DNA of 64,000 bases from Lachnospiraceae bacterium (GCA_018056425.1 JAGPFR010000007.1:2907-66906), one strand, 5' to 3'; shown: positions 38,293 through 47,998, counted from the first letter of the stretch. Notes: a model not told the origin generated them from the letters alone. Program-made: numbers and translations.

Positions 38293-39839
38293 AATACCTC
38301 CTCCAGATAATAAAGTCCGTTGTAGAATGATCCGCAAACCGAATCATAATCCTGCCATGCATATGTTGTCAGCGACAGCCATATAACTGCATGAAGCAGT
38401 TTTATCTCATATTCATCACAGCCGGTCAGTTCAAAGAAATCTTTCTCGAGTTCTTCCCATCCGTTGGATTCGATCTGCAGTCTTACTTCTCCATCGGACA
38501 GATCCTTGATCTTCTCACCGCTTACGATGGAATGTCCGCCTATATCGAGTGAAAATTCTTTCAGGTTGAATCTGTCATAATTTCCCTTCAGGGAATAATA
38601 CAGTTTCGCCCAGTCATATCTCTCGTCTCCGTATAGTTTGGTAAATCCGAAATATCCTCTGGGATCTATCAGAACAGGGTCACCGTTATCTCTTATCATC
38701 AGATTTGAAAACGTACAGTCTCCGTGTATAAGAGGAAATGTATCCGTCTTCAAATCATCCAGTTTTTTCTCGAGGATATCTTTGTAATAGAAAACATTTC
38801 TGCAGACTCTTCCGTTTACGGTTATTGTTTTCTCCTTAGCATAAGGAACCAGATCTTCGACCTTTGCAAGGCGCTGCATGGTTTTATTGAAATATGCTTC
38901 CTTCATGCTCGAAGGATCCGCAGGAATGGAGTCCTTGGAATGAAGCTCTTTTAGTGTATTTACGAGTGAGGTAAGAATCTTCTTTTTATCCTCATAAGGA
39001 AGATCACATTCATAGATGTTCTTACCCTTGATGTTTTCCATCTTGAGAGGATTGGTTGAATATATCTTGGGGATACCTGTTATATTCAGTTCCTTAACCT
39101 TGTCGTACCAGGCACATTCTTTTACAGCAAGTCCTCTTCCCTGTTCATCGACAGGTTCCTTGATAAGGACATCACCATCCACGGTTATTCTGTTAAATGG
39201 TCTCGTTTTGACTCTTCCGAGTTTCTCGTATTCTTCTATAAGTCCGAACTCTCTTGTTCCGCCAAGTCCCAGGGGCTTGAACTCAAGTCCGTTATCTCTC
39301 ATCCACCTTACGAGTTCGCCGCTTTCGGGAACTTCCGAAAGAATCTGTTTTTTCCTGAACAGGAAGAATCCTGCTACTCCGAATTCGGTCGATCTTTCTT
39401 CTGCGAGTTTTCCGTTCTCGAATTTCCATCTGCAGGGGAATGTCTGGGATACACCGACATAGTCATTCTCGCAGGATGAACCTTTATCCGAATATCCTTC
39501 CGGAAGGACCAGATTCTCGGGAAGGATCAGGTCTGACCAGACGAGCATAAAGGGCGAATCATCGGGAATAAGATCCAGAGACTGTTTTACCCCGGAACAG
39601 GTTCCGGTTCCTGATGCTTCAACCACTTCATATCTGACATCGGCAAAAGCTGCCAGGTATTTCCTGAGCACATCTTTCTGATAATCAGCTATAACTATGA
39701 ACTTCTTATCGGGGTATTTTCTGAAGAGATGAAAGAGCATGGGCAGATTATCGACAGGTGCCAATGCCTTGGGTTTGTTTTTTGTAAGATAGCCGAGTCG
39801 GGTACCCTTTCCGCCGGCCTGAACGATGATGTAATCCAT
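38289..39839 (-). CDS. Nucleotidyltransferase fused to an APH/choline-kinase-like phosphotransferase
   Basis: QAGGKGTRL...KPKAL; C-terminal IHGDCTFSN, LIDPRG, YDWAKL. Confidence 0.88.
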   Translation of the reverse strand: MDYIIVQAGGKGTRLGYLTKNKPKALAPVDNLPMLFHLFRKYPDKKFIVIADYQKDVLRKYLAAFADVRYEVVEASGTGTCSGVKQSLDLIPDDSPFMLVWSDLILPENLVLPEGYSDKGSSCENDYVGVSQTFPCRWKFENGKLAEERSTEFGVAGFFLFRKKQILSEVPESGELVRWMRDNGLEFKPLGLGGTREFGLIEEYEKLGRVKTRPFNRITVDGDVLIKEPVDEQGRGLAVKECAWYDKVKELNITGIPKIYSTNPLKMENIKGKNIYECDLPYEDKKKILTSLVNTLKELHSKDSIPADPSSMKEAYFNKTMQRLAKVEDLVPYAKEKTITVNGRVCRNVFYYKDILEKKLDDLKTDTFPLIHGDCTFSNLMIRDNGDPVLIDPRGYFGFTKLYGDERYDWAKLYYSLKGNYDRFNLKEFSLDIGGHSIVSGEKIKDLSDGEVRLQIESNGWEELEKDFFELTGCDEYEIKLLHAVIWLSLTTYAWQDYDSVCGSFYNGLYYLEEVL

Positions 39840-39869
39840 ATGTTTACTTCCTTTTTTGTTTTATGCAGC

Positions 39870-39916
39870 AAAAAAAGCTTCTGTCGGCCATACTTTAATA
39901 AGACCGCCAAAAGCTT
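39870..39916 (-). terminator. Terminator-like hairpin inside the 5' leader of the nucleotidyltransferase operon
   Basis: 15-bp stem with one mismatch plus U-tract, ~20 nt before the RBS. Confidence 0.65.
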
Positions 39917-39998
39917 CTAAATCCGTCTCTTTTCACAGAAAATATGTCTATTTCCATATTATGCCTCTCACAAATCCGTTTATTGAGGTTCCATCTAT

Positions 39999-40027
39999 AT
40001 TATACGTATTTATATCGGCATTTTGAA
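39999..40027 (-). promoter_or_regulatory. Promoter for the nucleotidyltransferase/SIS operon
   Basis: TTCAAA-17 bp-TATAAT. Confidence 0.6.
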
Positions 40028-40100
40028 CAGATTTCTTAAGTCTCTGAAGGATTTCATGTCTACTTTTTTGGGTTTCAATTGACAAACTTGGTAATTATAC

Positions 40101-40133
40101 ATAAGGCTGAGAACACCTGGTTCTCAGCCTTAT
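40101..40133. terminator. Perfect 14-bp inverted repeat, probable terminator
   Basis: ATAAGGCTGAGAAC-acctg-GTTCTCAGCCTTAT; U-tract weak. Confidence 0.55.
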
Positions 40134-40286
40134 CATAGTCCGATTACAATATTGCTTTTTTCTTATTTGTATTTTTGATGAGGGAACAGACAAGTAAAGC
40201 CTCATTCAATAGTTGATCATTTTACTGCAAGTTATACCTTATAAATAATCAGTTTGCCCTCATCACATTGCTCACCTCAATGTATC

Positions 40287-41354
40287 TCAAATAGTATCAA
40301 TAAATGGAAGTTGTTCTCTGTCTGCAGTCAATATTGAATCATTATACTTTGAATGTTTAAATACATTCATCACCTTCAAATTTCTATTGAAGTCTTCCTT
40401 TATATGGATTCTTCCCTCTGGAGAAATATTGAATTCTGAATTTCTTTTGTTGAATTCTTTAATAGCTAAATCTTCTCCTTGATATTCATATTCACTATGT
40501 AAATCATCAAAATACATCCATACTCTAGGTATCAGCATATCTTCATTCAGACTTTCAAAATAGTTCAGTATATCAACTGTTGACGAATAATAATCAACAT
40601 CTATCATAACGGCACCTATAGGTGCAGGATGGTGCTTATTCTGAAAATCCAGACATGTCTTTCTAATATCTCCAATAATCAAATTAGCGCATCTAAGACG
40701 ATCCGCCAATTCTTCCTGACCACCCATATTATATCCTGTCACAGGGAAAAGATGTGGTAAATCCTTGTACCCATAATCAGTCTCGTGAAGCCCGTCACCC
40801 CAGTCAAATCCGTATACTTCCACTTGTATCCCAAACAGTCTTGCACATTCATTTGCATGAAATTCTAGGCAGCGTAGCCCAGAACCACCAGCGACTCCAA
40901 ACTCAATTACACTGATTCTATCATAACCCAATATCTTTGCCTCACTCAAAGCTCGCACCAAGCAGGTAGCATAGTGCTGTCTAGGCAATTGGTGTTCATT
41001 ATACCTCAATTTATAAAAGGCTCTGTTTTTAGTCATAATATCGATTATATCTTTTTCTCTATTGAGAATTGGAATGGCATTAAATGTAGCACCTCCTCCA
41101 TAAATATTCCTAGCCTTAGAATATATATCTTCATCGTCAATAATAGTTGTACACTTCTTATTGCAAATATCCATTACAGTTAGCGATTCATTTATAAGGG
41201 CTTTATTCATCTCAGCTTGGGAAATAATGCCTACAAATTTCTCATTATTATCTACCACAAAGCAAATATTCCTATTTTTCATCAGCTTATACGCTGCTTT
41301 GTAAATACTATCCCCTTCTTCAACCACATAATCCTTTAGAAATTTAGAATACAT
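40287..41354 (-). CDS. CBS-pair plus TylF-like methyltransferase
   Basis: N-terminal CBS repeats (VVDNNEKFVGII, IPILNREKDIIDI); IEFGVAGG, IDVDYYSS, MYFDD. Confidence 0.7.
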   Translation of the reverse strand: MYSKFLKDYVVEEGDSIYKAAYKLMKNRNICFVVDNNEKFVGIISQAEMNKALINESLTVMDICNKKCTTIIDDEDIYSKARNIYGGGATFNAIPILNREKDIIDIMTKNRAFYKLRYNEHQLPRQHYATCLVRALSEAKILGYDRISVIEFGVAGGSGLRCLEFHANECARLFGIQVEVYGFDWGDGLHETDYGYKDLPHLFPVTGYNMGGQEELADRLRCANLIIGDIRKTCLDFQNKHHPAPIGAVMIDVDYYSSTVDILNYFESLNEDMLIPRVWMYFDDLHSEYEYQGEDLAIKEFNKRNSEFNISPEGRIHIKEDFNRNLKVMNVFKHSKYNDSILTADREQLPFIDTI

Positions 41355-41392
41355 TTATTGATCCTTTCCTAAAAAAACATTAATACAAATTT

Positions 41393-41770
41393 TTAATCAT
41401 TTACTACATCCACATTCTGCAGCATTACGGGAATGCCTTTATTCTTAGCTTCGAATGCAAGATCACAGGCATCGCCATAGTAGGCATCACAGCTCATCAT
41501 GACTTCTCTTGCATCTGCGATAGTGGTGGTTTCGTCAAGCACGCCCCAGCCGGCAGCCTTAAATTCATCGACAATCTTCCTGTATTCGTCAATGACGGAA
41601 CATTTATTGAGTTTCATGAACTCCTCGGTACGTGACCAGGGATGCCAGATCAGCTCGATATCGCCGGAAGCCTCTTTGAAGATTTGCAGATTTGCCTTTA
41701 ATTTGGTTATTGCTGCGTTTTGTTTTGATAAGAACGGAAGTACATCCGTATAATAGAATATTTTTTTCAT
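41393..41770 (-). CDS. Stand-alone glycerophosphotransferase-like C-terminal domain
   Basis: LIWHP, DAYYGD, IPVMLQN, motifs of TagF/TagB-like C-terminal domains; family call from memory. Confidence 0.55.
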   Translation of the reverse strand: MKKIFYYTDVLPFLSKQNAAITKLKANLQIFKEASGDIELIWHPWSRTEEFMKLNKCSVIDEYRKIVDEFKAAGWGVLDETTTIADAREVMMSCDAYYGDACDLAFEAKNKGIPVMLQNVDVVND

Positions 41771-41782
41771 ATTTATTCTGTA

Positions 41783-42121
41783 TTAAAATTCAATGTTGTT
41801 TAGTTGCTCTCTAAATTGTGGTACTACATCAAAAACTATGTCACAGATTATGGTCCAATTAGTATTATCATAATCATGAACAAGCCTATGGCGAAGACCG
41901 GATATTTTGTTCCAAGGAATTGTCTCATTCCTTTTCTTAAAATCATCGGTCAAATTATATGCATGTTCTCCAATATTATATAAAGGAGTAGTTAGCGTCC
42001 ATCTGATGGTTTCACTTTCAATTACTTGTTCCCTGGTGATTTTATTTTCGATAATATATTTCTCGAGTTTATCTACTGTAATTATTATCTTTTCAATTCT
42101 TTGTTTATCCGAATATTGCAT
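41783..42121 (-). CDS. hepT: HepT-like HEPN RNase toxin (DUF86)
   Basis: IGEHAYNL, IPWNKISGLRHRLVHDY (RX4HXY). Confidence 0.9.
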   Translation of the reverse strand: MQYSDKQRIEKIIITVDKLEKYIIENKITREQVIESETIRWTLTTPLYNIGEHAYNLTDDFKKRNETIPWNKISGLRHRLVHDYDNTNWTIICDIVFDVVPQFREQLNNIEF

Positions 42122-42423
42122 TAAATCTTTACTCCGTCTCTAAGAATATTTCTGTAAAAATCAGAGTCTTTATTAATCTCTCTTTCTTCATATACATCTA
42201 CATTTTTCCCTGACAATCTGTAAAGATCCTCAGCTATACAAAAAATATCCGTAGGATCAAAATCATTCCCACCAACGACCATTATATCAATATCCGAATT
42301 ATCATGAGCCTCATTTCGAGCAAATGACCCAAACAAGACCGCTTCTCTAGCAGAATACTTATCAAGAATCGGCCTGACAATCCCCTTTATCTCTGTAATT
42401 GTATAATTTAAAGTTTCTGCCAT
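42121..42423 (-). CDS. mntA: MntA-like minimal nucleotidyltransferase antitoxin
   Basis: LFGSFARNEAHDNSDID (GSX10DXD); stop/start overlap with hepT. Confidence 0.9.
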   Translation of the reverse strand: MAETLNYTITEIKGIVRPILDKYSAREAVLFGSFARNEAHDNSDIDIMVVGGNDFDPTDIFCIAEDLYRLSGKNVDVYEEREINKDSDFYRNILRDGVKI

Positions 42424-42542
42424 GACACTTCCTCACGAAGAATAATCAAACCAAATCAATATCCACTTAAATAATACACCCCTCAACTATCGGGTGCAAT
42501 TAGCTTTCATACATATCTTTTCACAACTCTCATTCCATACAC

Positions 42543-42572
42543 AAAAAACCGGCACACCACACGGTGTGCCGG
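42543..42572 (-). terminator. Intrinsic terminator after the symporter
   Basis: CCGGCACACC/GGTGTGCCGG stem followed by TTTTTT. Confidence 0.85.
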
Positions 42573-42599
42573 CCACACATCACTTATGTATGTTCCGGA

Positions 42600-44138
42600 T
42601 TACTCCAGCGACTGTGTTACGGGAACCTGATTCTTCTTATCGTAGCAGCTGAAGATCTTATCGATGTCTTCCTTCTCGGGCTTTTTGGTGATCAGGGATA
42701 CAACAGGTACTATCACAAGCCCTGCCAGCATTGCCAGAGCACCGGCATTGATGGGGGATTTAAGAAGTGCAGGGAAGTACTGCTTTCCGAACAGCATATT
42801 GCAGATCATGAAACCTGCACCGAATATAAAGCTTGCCATGCATCCCGCTTTTGTAGTGCCCTTCCAGTATAAGCCGTAGAGGAAAGGAGCAAGGAATGCA
42901 CCTGCCATTGCACCCCACGAAACACCCATGAGCTGTGCGATGAAGGTTACGCTGGACTTGTACTGAACGATAGCCAGGATAACTGAGATGATGATGAATA
43001 CTACGATCAGAGCTCTGATCCAGAGAACCTGCTTCTTGTCATCCATCTTCTTAATGATGTTTCCTTTGATAAAGTCAATGGTAAGGGTGGAGCTTGAAGT
43101 CATTACCAGAGATGAAAGTGTGGACATTGACGCGGAAAGAACGAGGATGACCACAAGTCCGATAAGAGCGGGACTTAAGTTCCTGAGCATGGCGGGAATA
43201 ATCGCATCATATCCCTCTGTAGCGATATCAACGGAATCGGAGAAGAGTCTTCCGAAGCCTCCGAGGAAATAGCATCCGCCCGCAACAACTCCTGCAAAGA
43301 GTGTGGAGATGATGGTTCCCTTGGTGATGGACTTCTCGGACTTGATCGCATAGAACTTCTGGACCATCTGAGGAAGTCCCCATGTTCCGAGCGAAGTCAG
43401 GATTACAACTCCGATCAGGTTAATGGGATCGGGTCCGAAAAATGAATTGAACACACCGGGGGTGGTACTTACGGTTTCATCGGAAACCCTGGCGAGCTGA
43501 TCGAGAGCTGAGAGGAATCCGCCCTTTGAATTAAGAACCGCAAGGATTACAGCTACGATTCCGAAGAGCATTATGATTCCCTGAATGAAATCATTGATAG
43601 CGGTCGCCATGTATCCTCCGGCAATTACATATACCCCGGTAAGGATGGCCATTACGATGATACATACGGTGTAATCGATATCAAAAGCCATTCCGAACAG
43701 TCTGGAAAGACCGTTGTAAAGTGAAGCGGTATAAGGGATCATAAAGATAAAAACTATAAAAGAAGCCGATATCTTAAGTCCCTTTGAGTGAAATCTTTCT
43801 CCGAAAAACTCAGGCATTGTCGCCGAATTAAGGTGTTGGGACATGATCCTGGTTCTTCTTCCGAGAACTCTCCATGCAAGCATGGATCCGAGAAGTGCAT
43901 TTCCAATTCCTATCCAGGTTGAAGCAATTCCGTATTTCCAGCCGAACTGTCCGGCATATCCTACGAAAATAACTGCGGAGAAATAACTGGTTCCGTATGC
44001 AAAAGCAGTGAGCCAGGGACCTACATTTCTACCGCCGAGAACAAATCCTCCTACATCGGTCGCATTTTTACGGCAATAAAAGCCTACGCCGAGCATAACC
44101 GAGAAAAACAACAATAGCATTAAGATTTTGATAAGCAT
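42600..44138 (-). CDS. Sodium:solute symporter (SSS family)
   Basis: FVLGGRNVGPW, TSYFSAVIFVGYAG, TMPEFFGERF, SASMSTLSS; many TM helices. Confidence 0.93.
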   Translation of the reverse strand: MLIKILMLLLFFSVMLGVGFYCRKNATDVGGFVLGGRNVGPWLTAFAYGTSYFSAVIFVGYAGQFGWKYGIASTWIGIGNALLGSMLAWRVLGRRTRIMSQHLNSATMPEFFGERFHSKGLKISASFIVFIFMIPYTASLYNGLSRLFGMAFDIDYTVCIIVMAILTGVYVIAGGYMATAINDFIQGIIMLFGIVAVILAVLNSKGGFLSALDQLARVSDETVSTTPGVFNSFFGPDPINLIGVVILTSLGTWGLPQMVQKFYAIKSEKSITKGTIISTLFAGVVAGGCYFLGGFGRLFSDSVDIATEGYDAIIPAMLRNLSPALIGLVVILVLSASMSTLSSLVMTSSSTLTIDFIKGNIIKKMDDKKQVLWIRALIVVFIIISVILAIVQYKSSVTFIAQLMGVSWGAMAGAFLAPFLYGLYWKGTTKAGCMASFIFGAGFMICNMLFGKQYFPALLKSPINAGALAMLAGLVIVPVVSLITKKPEKEDIDKIFSCYDKKNQVPVTQSLE

Positions 44139-44226
44139 ATACGACCTCCGTAAATATATGTTACTGTCGAATAGTTTATCACTTTAAAGCGTTAGTGTAA
44201 ATAAGTGTGTGTCCTGAAATGTGCAT

Positions 44227-44256
44227 AAAAATACCCCGCAAATATATGCGGGGTAT
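44227..44256 (-). terminator. Intrinsic terminator after the EAL gene
   Basis: ATACCCCGCA/TGCGGGGTAT stem followed by TTTT. Confidence 0.8.
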
Positions 44257-44266
44257 CTAAGGACTT

Positions 44267-46348
44267 TTATTCAGTCAGTTCATATTCATATCCGTTGAGC
44301 ACTATCCTTACTCTTCCATGAATAGCTTCAACTCTGTCCTTGGGTAAATATTCCTCCAGCTTTACGGCTGCCATTATCTTAGCCGTGATATCCGAATCCC
44401 TGAAAGAGATATCCGTATCCCCTGTAAATCCGCCGAAGGGAAGGATATTTTCTCCCTTTGCAAATATTCTCAGTCCGCCTCTTTCGTACTTAAAGTATGT
44501 CATTCCGTCAAGAGCTGCAACTCCCGAGCATCTGTCATTGTGAATATTCATTATGACGCTTGCGTCATGAACAGATACATCGCAGCGCTCACCGGACAGC
44601 GTTCCTATCGCAACGGCTTCTTTTCCGCTTATATAGAGTTTGACGGATGTATTGGAAATCGTGATATCGCAGTTAGCTCCGATGGAACCGAGAGCAACGC
44701 CTTTAATGGTATTGAGTTCGGCAGTGATATCGGAATTGTCCACAGTAAGAATACAGTCACGGTAAAGTGAACCTATTCCCAGAGCTCTGTCTCCGTTCAT
44801 CTCCAGGATGTACTGGCCTCCGGCGATATTGATACCTCCGCCGAATCCGGAACCGATACACACTCCTATCTTACCGTTTGATTCTATCTTAAGTGCTCCG
44901 GACTGTTCGAAGACAAGATTTCCGTGTCCTGCGTTTATGCCGTTTCCTATTCCGAAGTATTCATCGGCATCCAGGAGGATTCCGAGATTTCCGTCTCCCC
45001 TCAGGATAAATCCGGTACCTTCGGGAACGCTGATCCCGCCCAGGTTAAGCCTGTTATCGCCCTTAAGATTTAGAACAACCTCACTTCCCTTTCCGATATC
45101 TATGCATGGAAGTTTCTTCTTATTAAGAAGTCTTACGTTCTCTATAGTAACTTCAGCTTTTACTTTATCTGCTATCTCAACAACGATCTCTGCTTCCAGT
45201 CCGGGATTGCCGCTTATGTAATAATCTCCGTCATTTCCGATAAGAATGCTGACAGTTCCGTTCTTTACAAGCCGGCCAAGTTCGACATGTTCTCCGCTGT
45301 CTGCGGTATAAATCCTGGATGCCTCGCCTTCCTGACGTTCATGACAGTAATTTCTTATCTCCTGTCTGATCTCATAGGGAATATCTTCTATCGGTTCCGC
45401 AGCGGGCCTTGCCGTGTAATAACCCTGTACAAGATCTGCACCGAGGAGAATGACACTTCGAAGTTCCTCAGCCGTTTCAACGCCCTCCGCAAGAGCCATT
45501 ATTCCGTTACTGTGACAGAACTCAATGATCTCTCTTACGAAATGTCTCTTCTTGGGATCGTCCTGCATTCCGCTGAGGAGCGAACGGTCTATTTTGACAT
45601 AGTTGGGCATGTATCTTAAGAGGTTCTGTACATTTGAATATCCGCTGCCGTAATCATCGATGGCGGTCTGGATGTTCATGGTACGATAACGCTCTTTGAA
45701 CTCAGCGAATTCCTTTTCATCAAGTTCTGCCCTTTCGGTAAGTTCTACAACTACCGAGCGGTTATGTATCATCAGAAGCTCGTTAACGGCACCCTGATCC
45801 TCTTCATTTAATCTTGTCTTAGGGATACTGTTGATAAATACTCTTTTACCATGGAAGAACCTGGATTTATGATCCACTATCTTCAGGACATTCAAAAAAG
45901 TGGCTCTTTCTATATCATTAAGCCTGTTCCTGAGTTTTGCATATTTTAATATCTGAAGTGGACTTTCCAGAATATCGCTTCTGGGGCGCATCAGAGCTTC
46001 GTATGAAAAAATCTCGCCGGTGGAGATACTGACGATCGGTTGGAAATGGTACCCGAAAAGATTGTCATCAATAATACGATCGGCTTCTTTTAACTCTTCA
46101 AGTTCAGTATCACTGAGGGTAGCAAGAAGACCCCTGCCCATCTCATCATCATTTCCTGTCTTGAGATAGACAAGTTCTTTACCCAGGATAATGCTGTCTT
46201 CCCACAGAACTTTCTCGGCTTCACCCAGTTCGCCGAGTTCTTCTCTGTAGCGGGTTGTGATCTCCTCAAGCTTTTCAAGCGAGGAAACACTCATTATTTC
46301 TTTGAGATATTTGTGTACCGCTAAATACTTATCCTGTATCATGTCCAA
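44267..46348 (-). CDS. EAL-domain c-di-GMP phosphodiesterase with a C-terminal beta-helix-like domain
   Basis: YEALMR, FINS, ELTE, IDDYGSGYS, KIDRS, AEGVE, QGYY all intact; Gly/Ile-rich repeats follow. Confidence 0.9.
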   Translation of the reverse strand: MDMIQDKYLAVHKYLKEIMSVSSLEKLEEITTRYREELGELGEAEKVLWEDSIILGKELVYLKTGNDDEMGRGLLATLSDTELEELKEADRIIDDNLFGYHFQPIVSISTGEIFSYEALMRPRSDILESPLQILKYAKLRNRLNDIERATFLNVLKIVDHKSRFFHGKRVFINSIPKTRLNEEDQGAVNELLMIHNRSVVVELTERAELDEKEFAEFKERYRTMNIQTAIDDYGSGYSNVQNLLRYMPNYVKIDRSLLSGMQDDPKKRHFVREIIEFCHSNGIMALAEGVETAEELRSVILLGADLVQGYYTARPAAEPIEDIPYEIRQEIRNYCHERQEGEASRIYTADSGEHVELGRLVKNGTVSILIGNDGDYYISGNPGLEAEIVVEIADKVKAEVTIENVRLLNKKKLPCIDIGKGSEVVLNLKGDNRLNLGGISVPEGTGFILRGDGNLGILLDADEYFGIGNGINAGHGNLVFEQSGALKIESNGKIGVCIGSGFGGGINIAGGQYILEMNGDRALGIGSLYRDCILTVDNSDITAELNTIKGVALGSIGANCDITISNTSVKLYISGKEAVAIGTLSGERCDVSVHDASVIMNIHNDRCSGVAALDGMTYFKYERGGLRIFAKGENILPFGGFTGDTDISFRDSDITAKIMAAVKLEEYLPKDRVEAIHGRVRIVLNGYEYELTE

Positions 46349-46422
46349 CCCCCGGACTGACTTTTCGTAGTATTTCAGACTATATTATTCTATCACAAAC
46401 CCAGTGTTCATGCACAAGAAAT

Positions 46423-46453
46423 AAAAAAAAGCGGCCGCCGAAGCGACCGCTTT
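46423..46453 (-). terminator. Intrinsic terminator after the ABC transporter
   Basis: AAAGCGGTCGC-TTCG-GCGGCCGCTTT followed by a T-run. Confidence 0.88.
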
Positions 46454-46483
46454 CCAAAGTTGTCAACAGACAAACTTTATAGA

Positions 46484-47998
46484 TTATTTCCACTCGTTGT
46501 ACTGGCGCTGAGCCTCAGCAAGGACATCCTGATATCCTGCCTCGTCAAGAGCTGCCTGGTACTCCTCAAGTACAGCGGGAACATCTGCAGATGCATATCC
46601 GCCGTTCTCAAGTGCGAATCCGTAGGTCTCGAATACAGTCTGGCAAGCAGTGTACTGAGCTTCAACGGGAGTCTTATCGAACTGGAAGCCGTTAGCGCAG
46701 GAGATAAGAGCTGAAGAGTTGAAGTCGATGTACATCTGAGCGGTGTAAGGGCTGTCCTTCTCACAGGTTACTACAGTAGCGTTTGCAGACTCCCACATTG
46801 AGTGGTTGTACTTAGCATCAGCGATCTTCTCTACATAGCCGTCAGCGTTGTAGTTGAAGTCTTCGCCTTCGATACCGTAAGCATAGATGTCAGCAAGCTT
46901 GCTGTCGGTGAAAAGAAGTCCAAGGAAGTCTACACAAGCCTGAGCTTCTTCAGGTGTGCAGGTAGCAGATACGCAGTAGCAGGAACCAAGCATGGAGTCG
47001 GTGTGCATGTATCTGTTGGAAGCAGGCTGCATAACAACTTCCTGTCCATATCTTCCGTTAGCCTCTCCGTTGTTGGGAAGGTCGGTCCACCATGAAATAG
47101 CCCAATCCTGAGTCTGAGTGGTGGTGTCATCGGTGGTCTTGGTTACATCATCCTCGGAGATGTAGCCTTCCTCAGCCCACTTGCACATAAGAGTTACAAA
47201 CTCTTCGTACTCGGGAGTGAGAATGGTGTCTACAACTTCGTTGCTCTTTCTGTCAACAGCGATGAAGTTTGAAGTAGCGTCGCCGGTGAAGAAATCGAAT
47301 GAATCGATGTACCATCTGTAGAACATTGCGGTTCTCTGGGTAAGGAAGGGATACTTAAGTCCTTCAGCAGCTGCATCAGCGAGCATGGGCTCGAGATCTG
47401 CAAGAGTCTTAACTGAGGTGGTGTCCCATCCGTACTTGTCAACAAGTTCCTTACGGAACATGAAGTCGTAACCTTCTACGTTATCCTTGTAAACAGGGAC
47501 GAAGTAGTTTCTTCCGCCGTACTTGGAAGCTTCCCAGGTGTTAGCATCCATTGAATCATAAAGAGCTGATCCGGGAAGAAGATCGGTGATGTCATATACT
47601 GCGTTTGAAGCAAAGAGATCCTTTGTTCCGATGGTGCTCTCCCATGCAGCGGTCCAGAGGAGATCGATCTCTCCGTTGTTGAGTGCAAGGTTAGCCTTGT
47701 CCTCATACTCGGATGCGATATCGTGAAGAACGATCTGAACGTTGATCTTATCAGCGATGTATGCGTTGATAGCATCCTCTACCTTCTTAACCTGTGCATC
47801 ATCAACTGCACCAAGGTTAAATGTACGTCTGTAGACGTCGATAACGACTGCGCCGTTATCATCAGATACGGTGGTGGTTCCGGGCTCTGTACCGGTGTTA
47901 CCAGGCTGTGCAGGGGTGTTTCCGTTGCCGCAAGCGGTCATGGAAAGTCCCATCACGGTTGCAAGCGCAAGTGCTGCAACTTTGTTGAGTTTTTTCAT
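46484..47998 (-). CDS. Carbohydrate ABC transporter substrate-binding lipoprotein
   Basis: Lipobox MTAC; family-1 SBP pattern; YGIEGEDF (DUF3502-like tail). Confidence 0.93.
   Translation of the reverse strand: MKKLNKVAALALATVMGLSMTACGNGNTPAQPGNTGTEPGTTTVSDDNGAVVIDVYRRTFNLGAVDDAQVKKVEDAINAYIADKINVQIVLHDIASEYEDKANLALNNGEIDLLWTAAWESTIGTKDLFASNAVYDITDLLPGSALYDSMDANTWEASKYGGRNYFVPVYKDNVEGYDFMFRKELVDKYGWDTTSVKTLADLEPMLADAAAEGLKYPFLTQRTAMFYRWYIDSFDFFTGDATSNFIAVDRKSNEVVDTILTPEYEEFVTLMCKWAEEGYISEDDVTKTTDDTTTQTQDWAISWWTDLPNNGEANGRYGQEVVMQPASNRYMHTDSMLGSCYCVSATCTPEEAQACVDFLGLLFTDSKLADIYAYGIEGEDFNYNADGYVEKIADAKYNHSMWESANATVVTCEKDSPYTAQMYIDFNSSALISCANGFQFDKTPVEAQYTACQTVFETYGFALENGGYASADVPAVLEEYQAALDEAGYQDVLAEAQRQYNEWK

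Noticed and set aside
40134-40286. Possible gene remnant (NDQLLNEALLVCSLIKNTNKKKAIL*) behind a GAGGTG RBS
   Set aside because: The RBS leads to an immediate stop and the fragment has no recognisable motif; unsupported.
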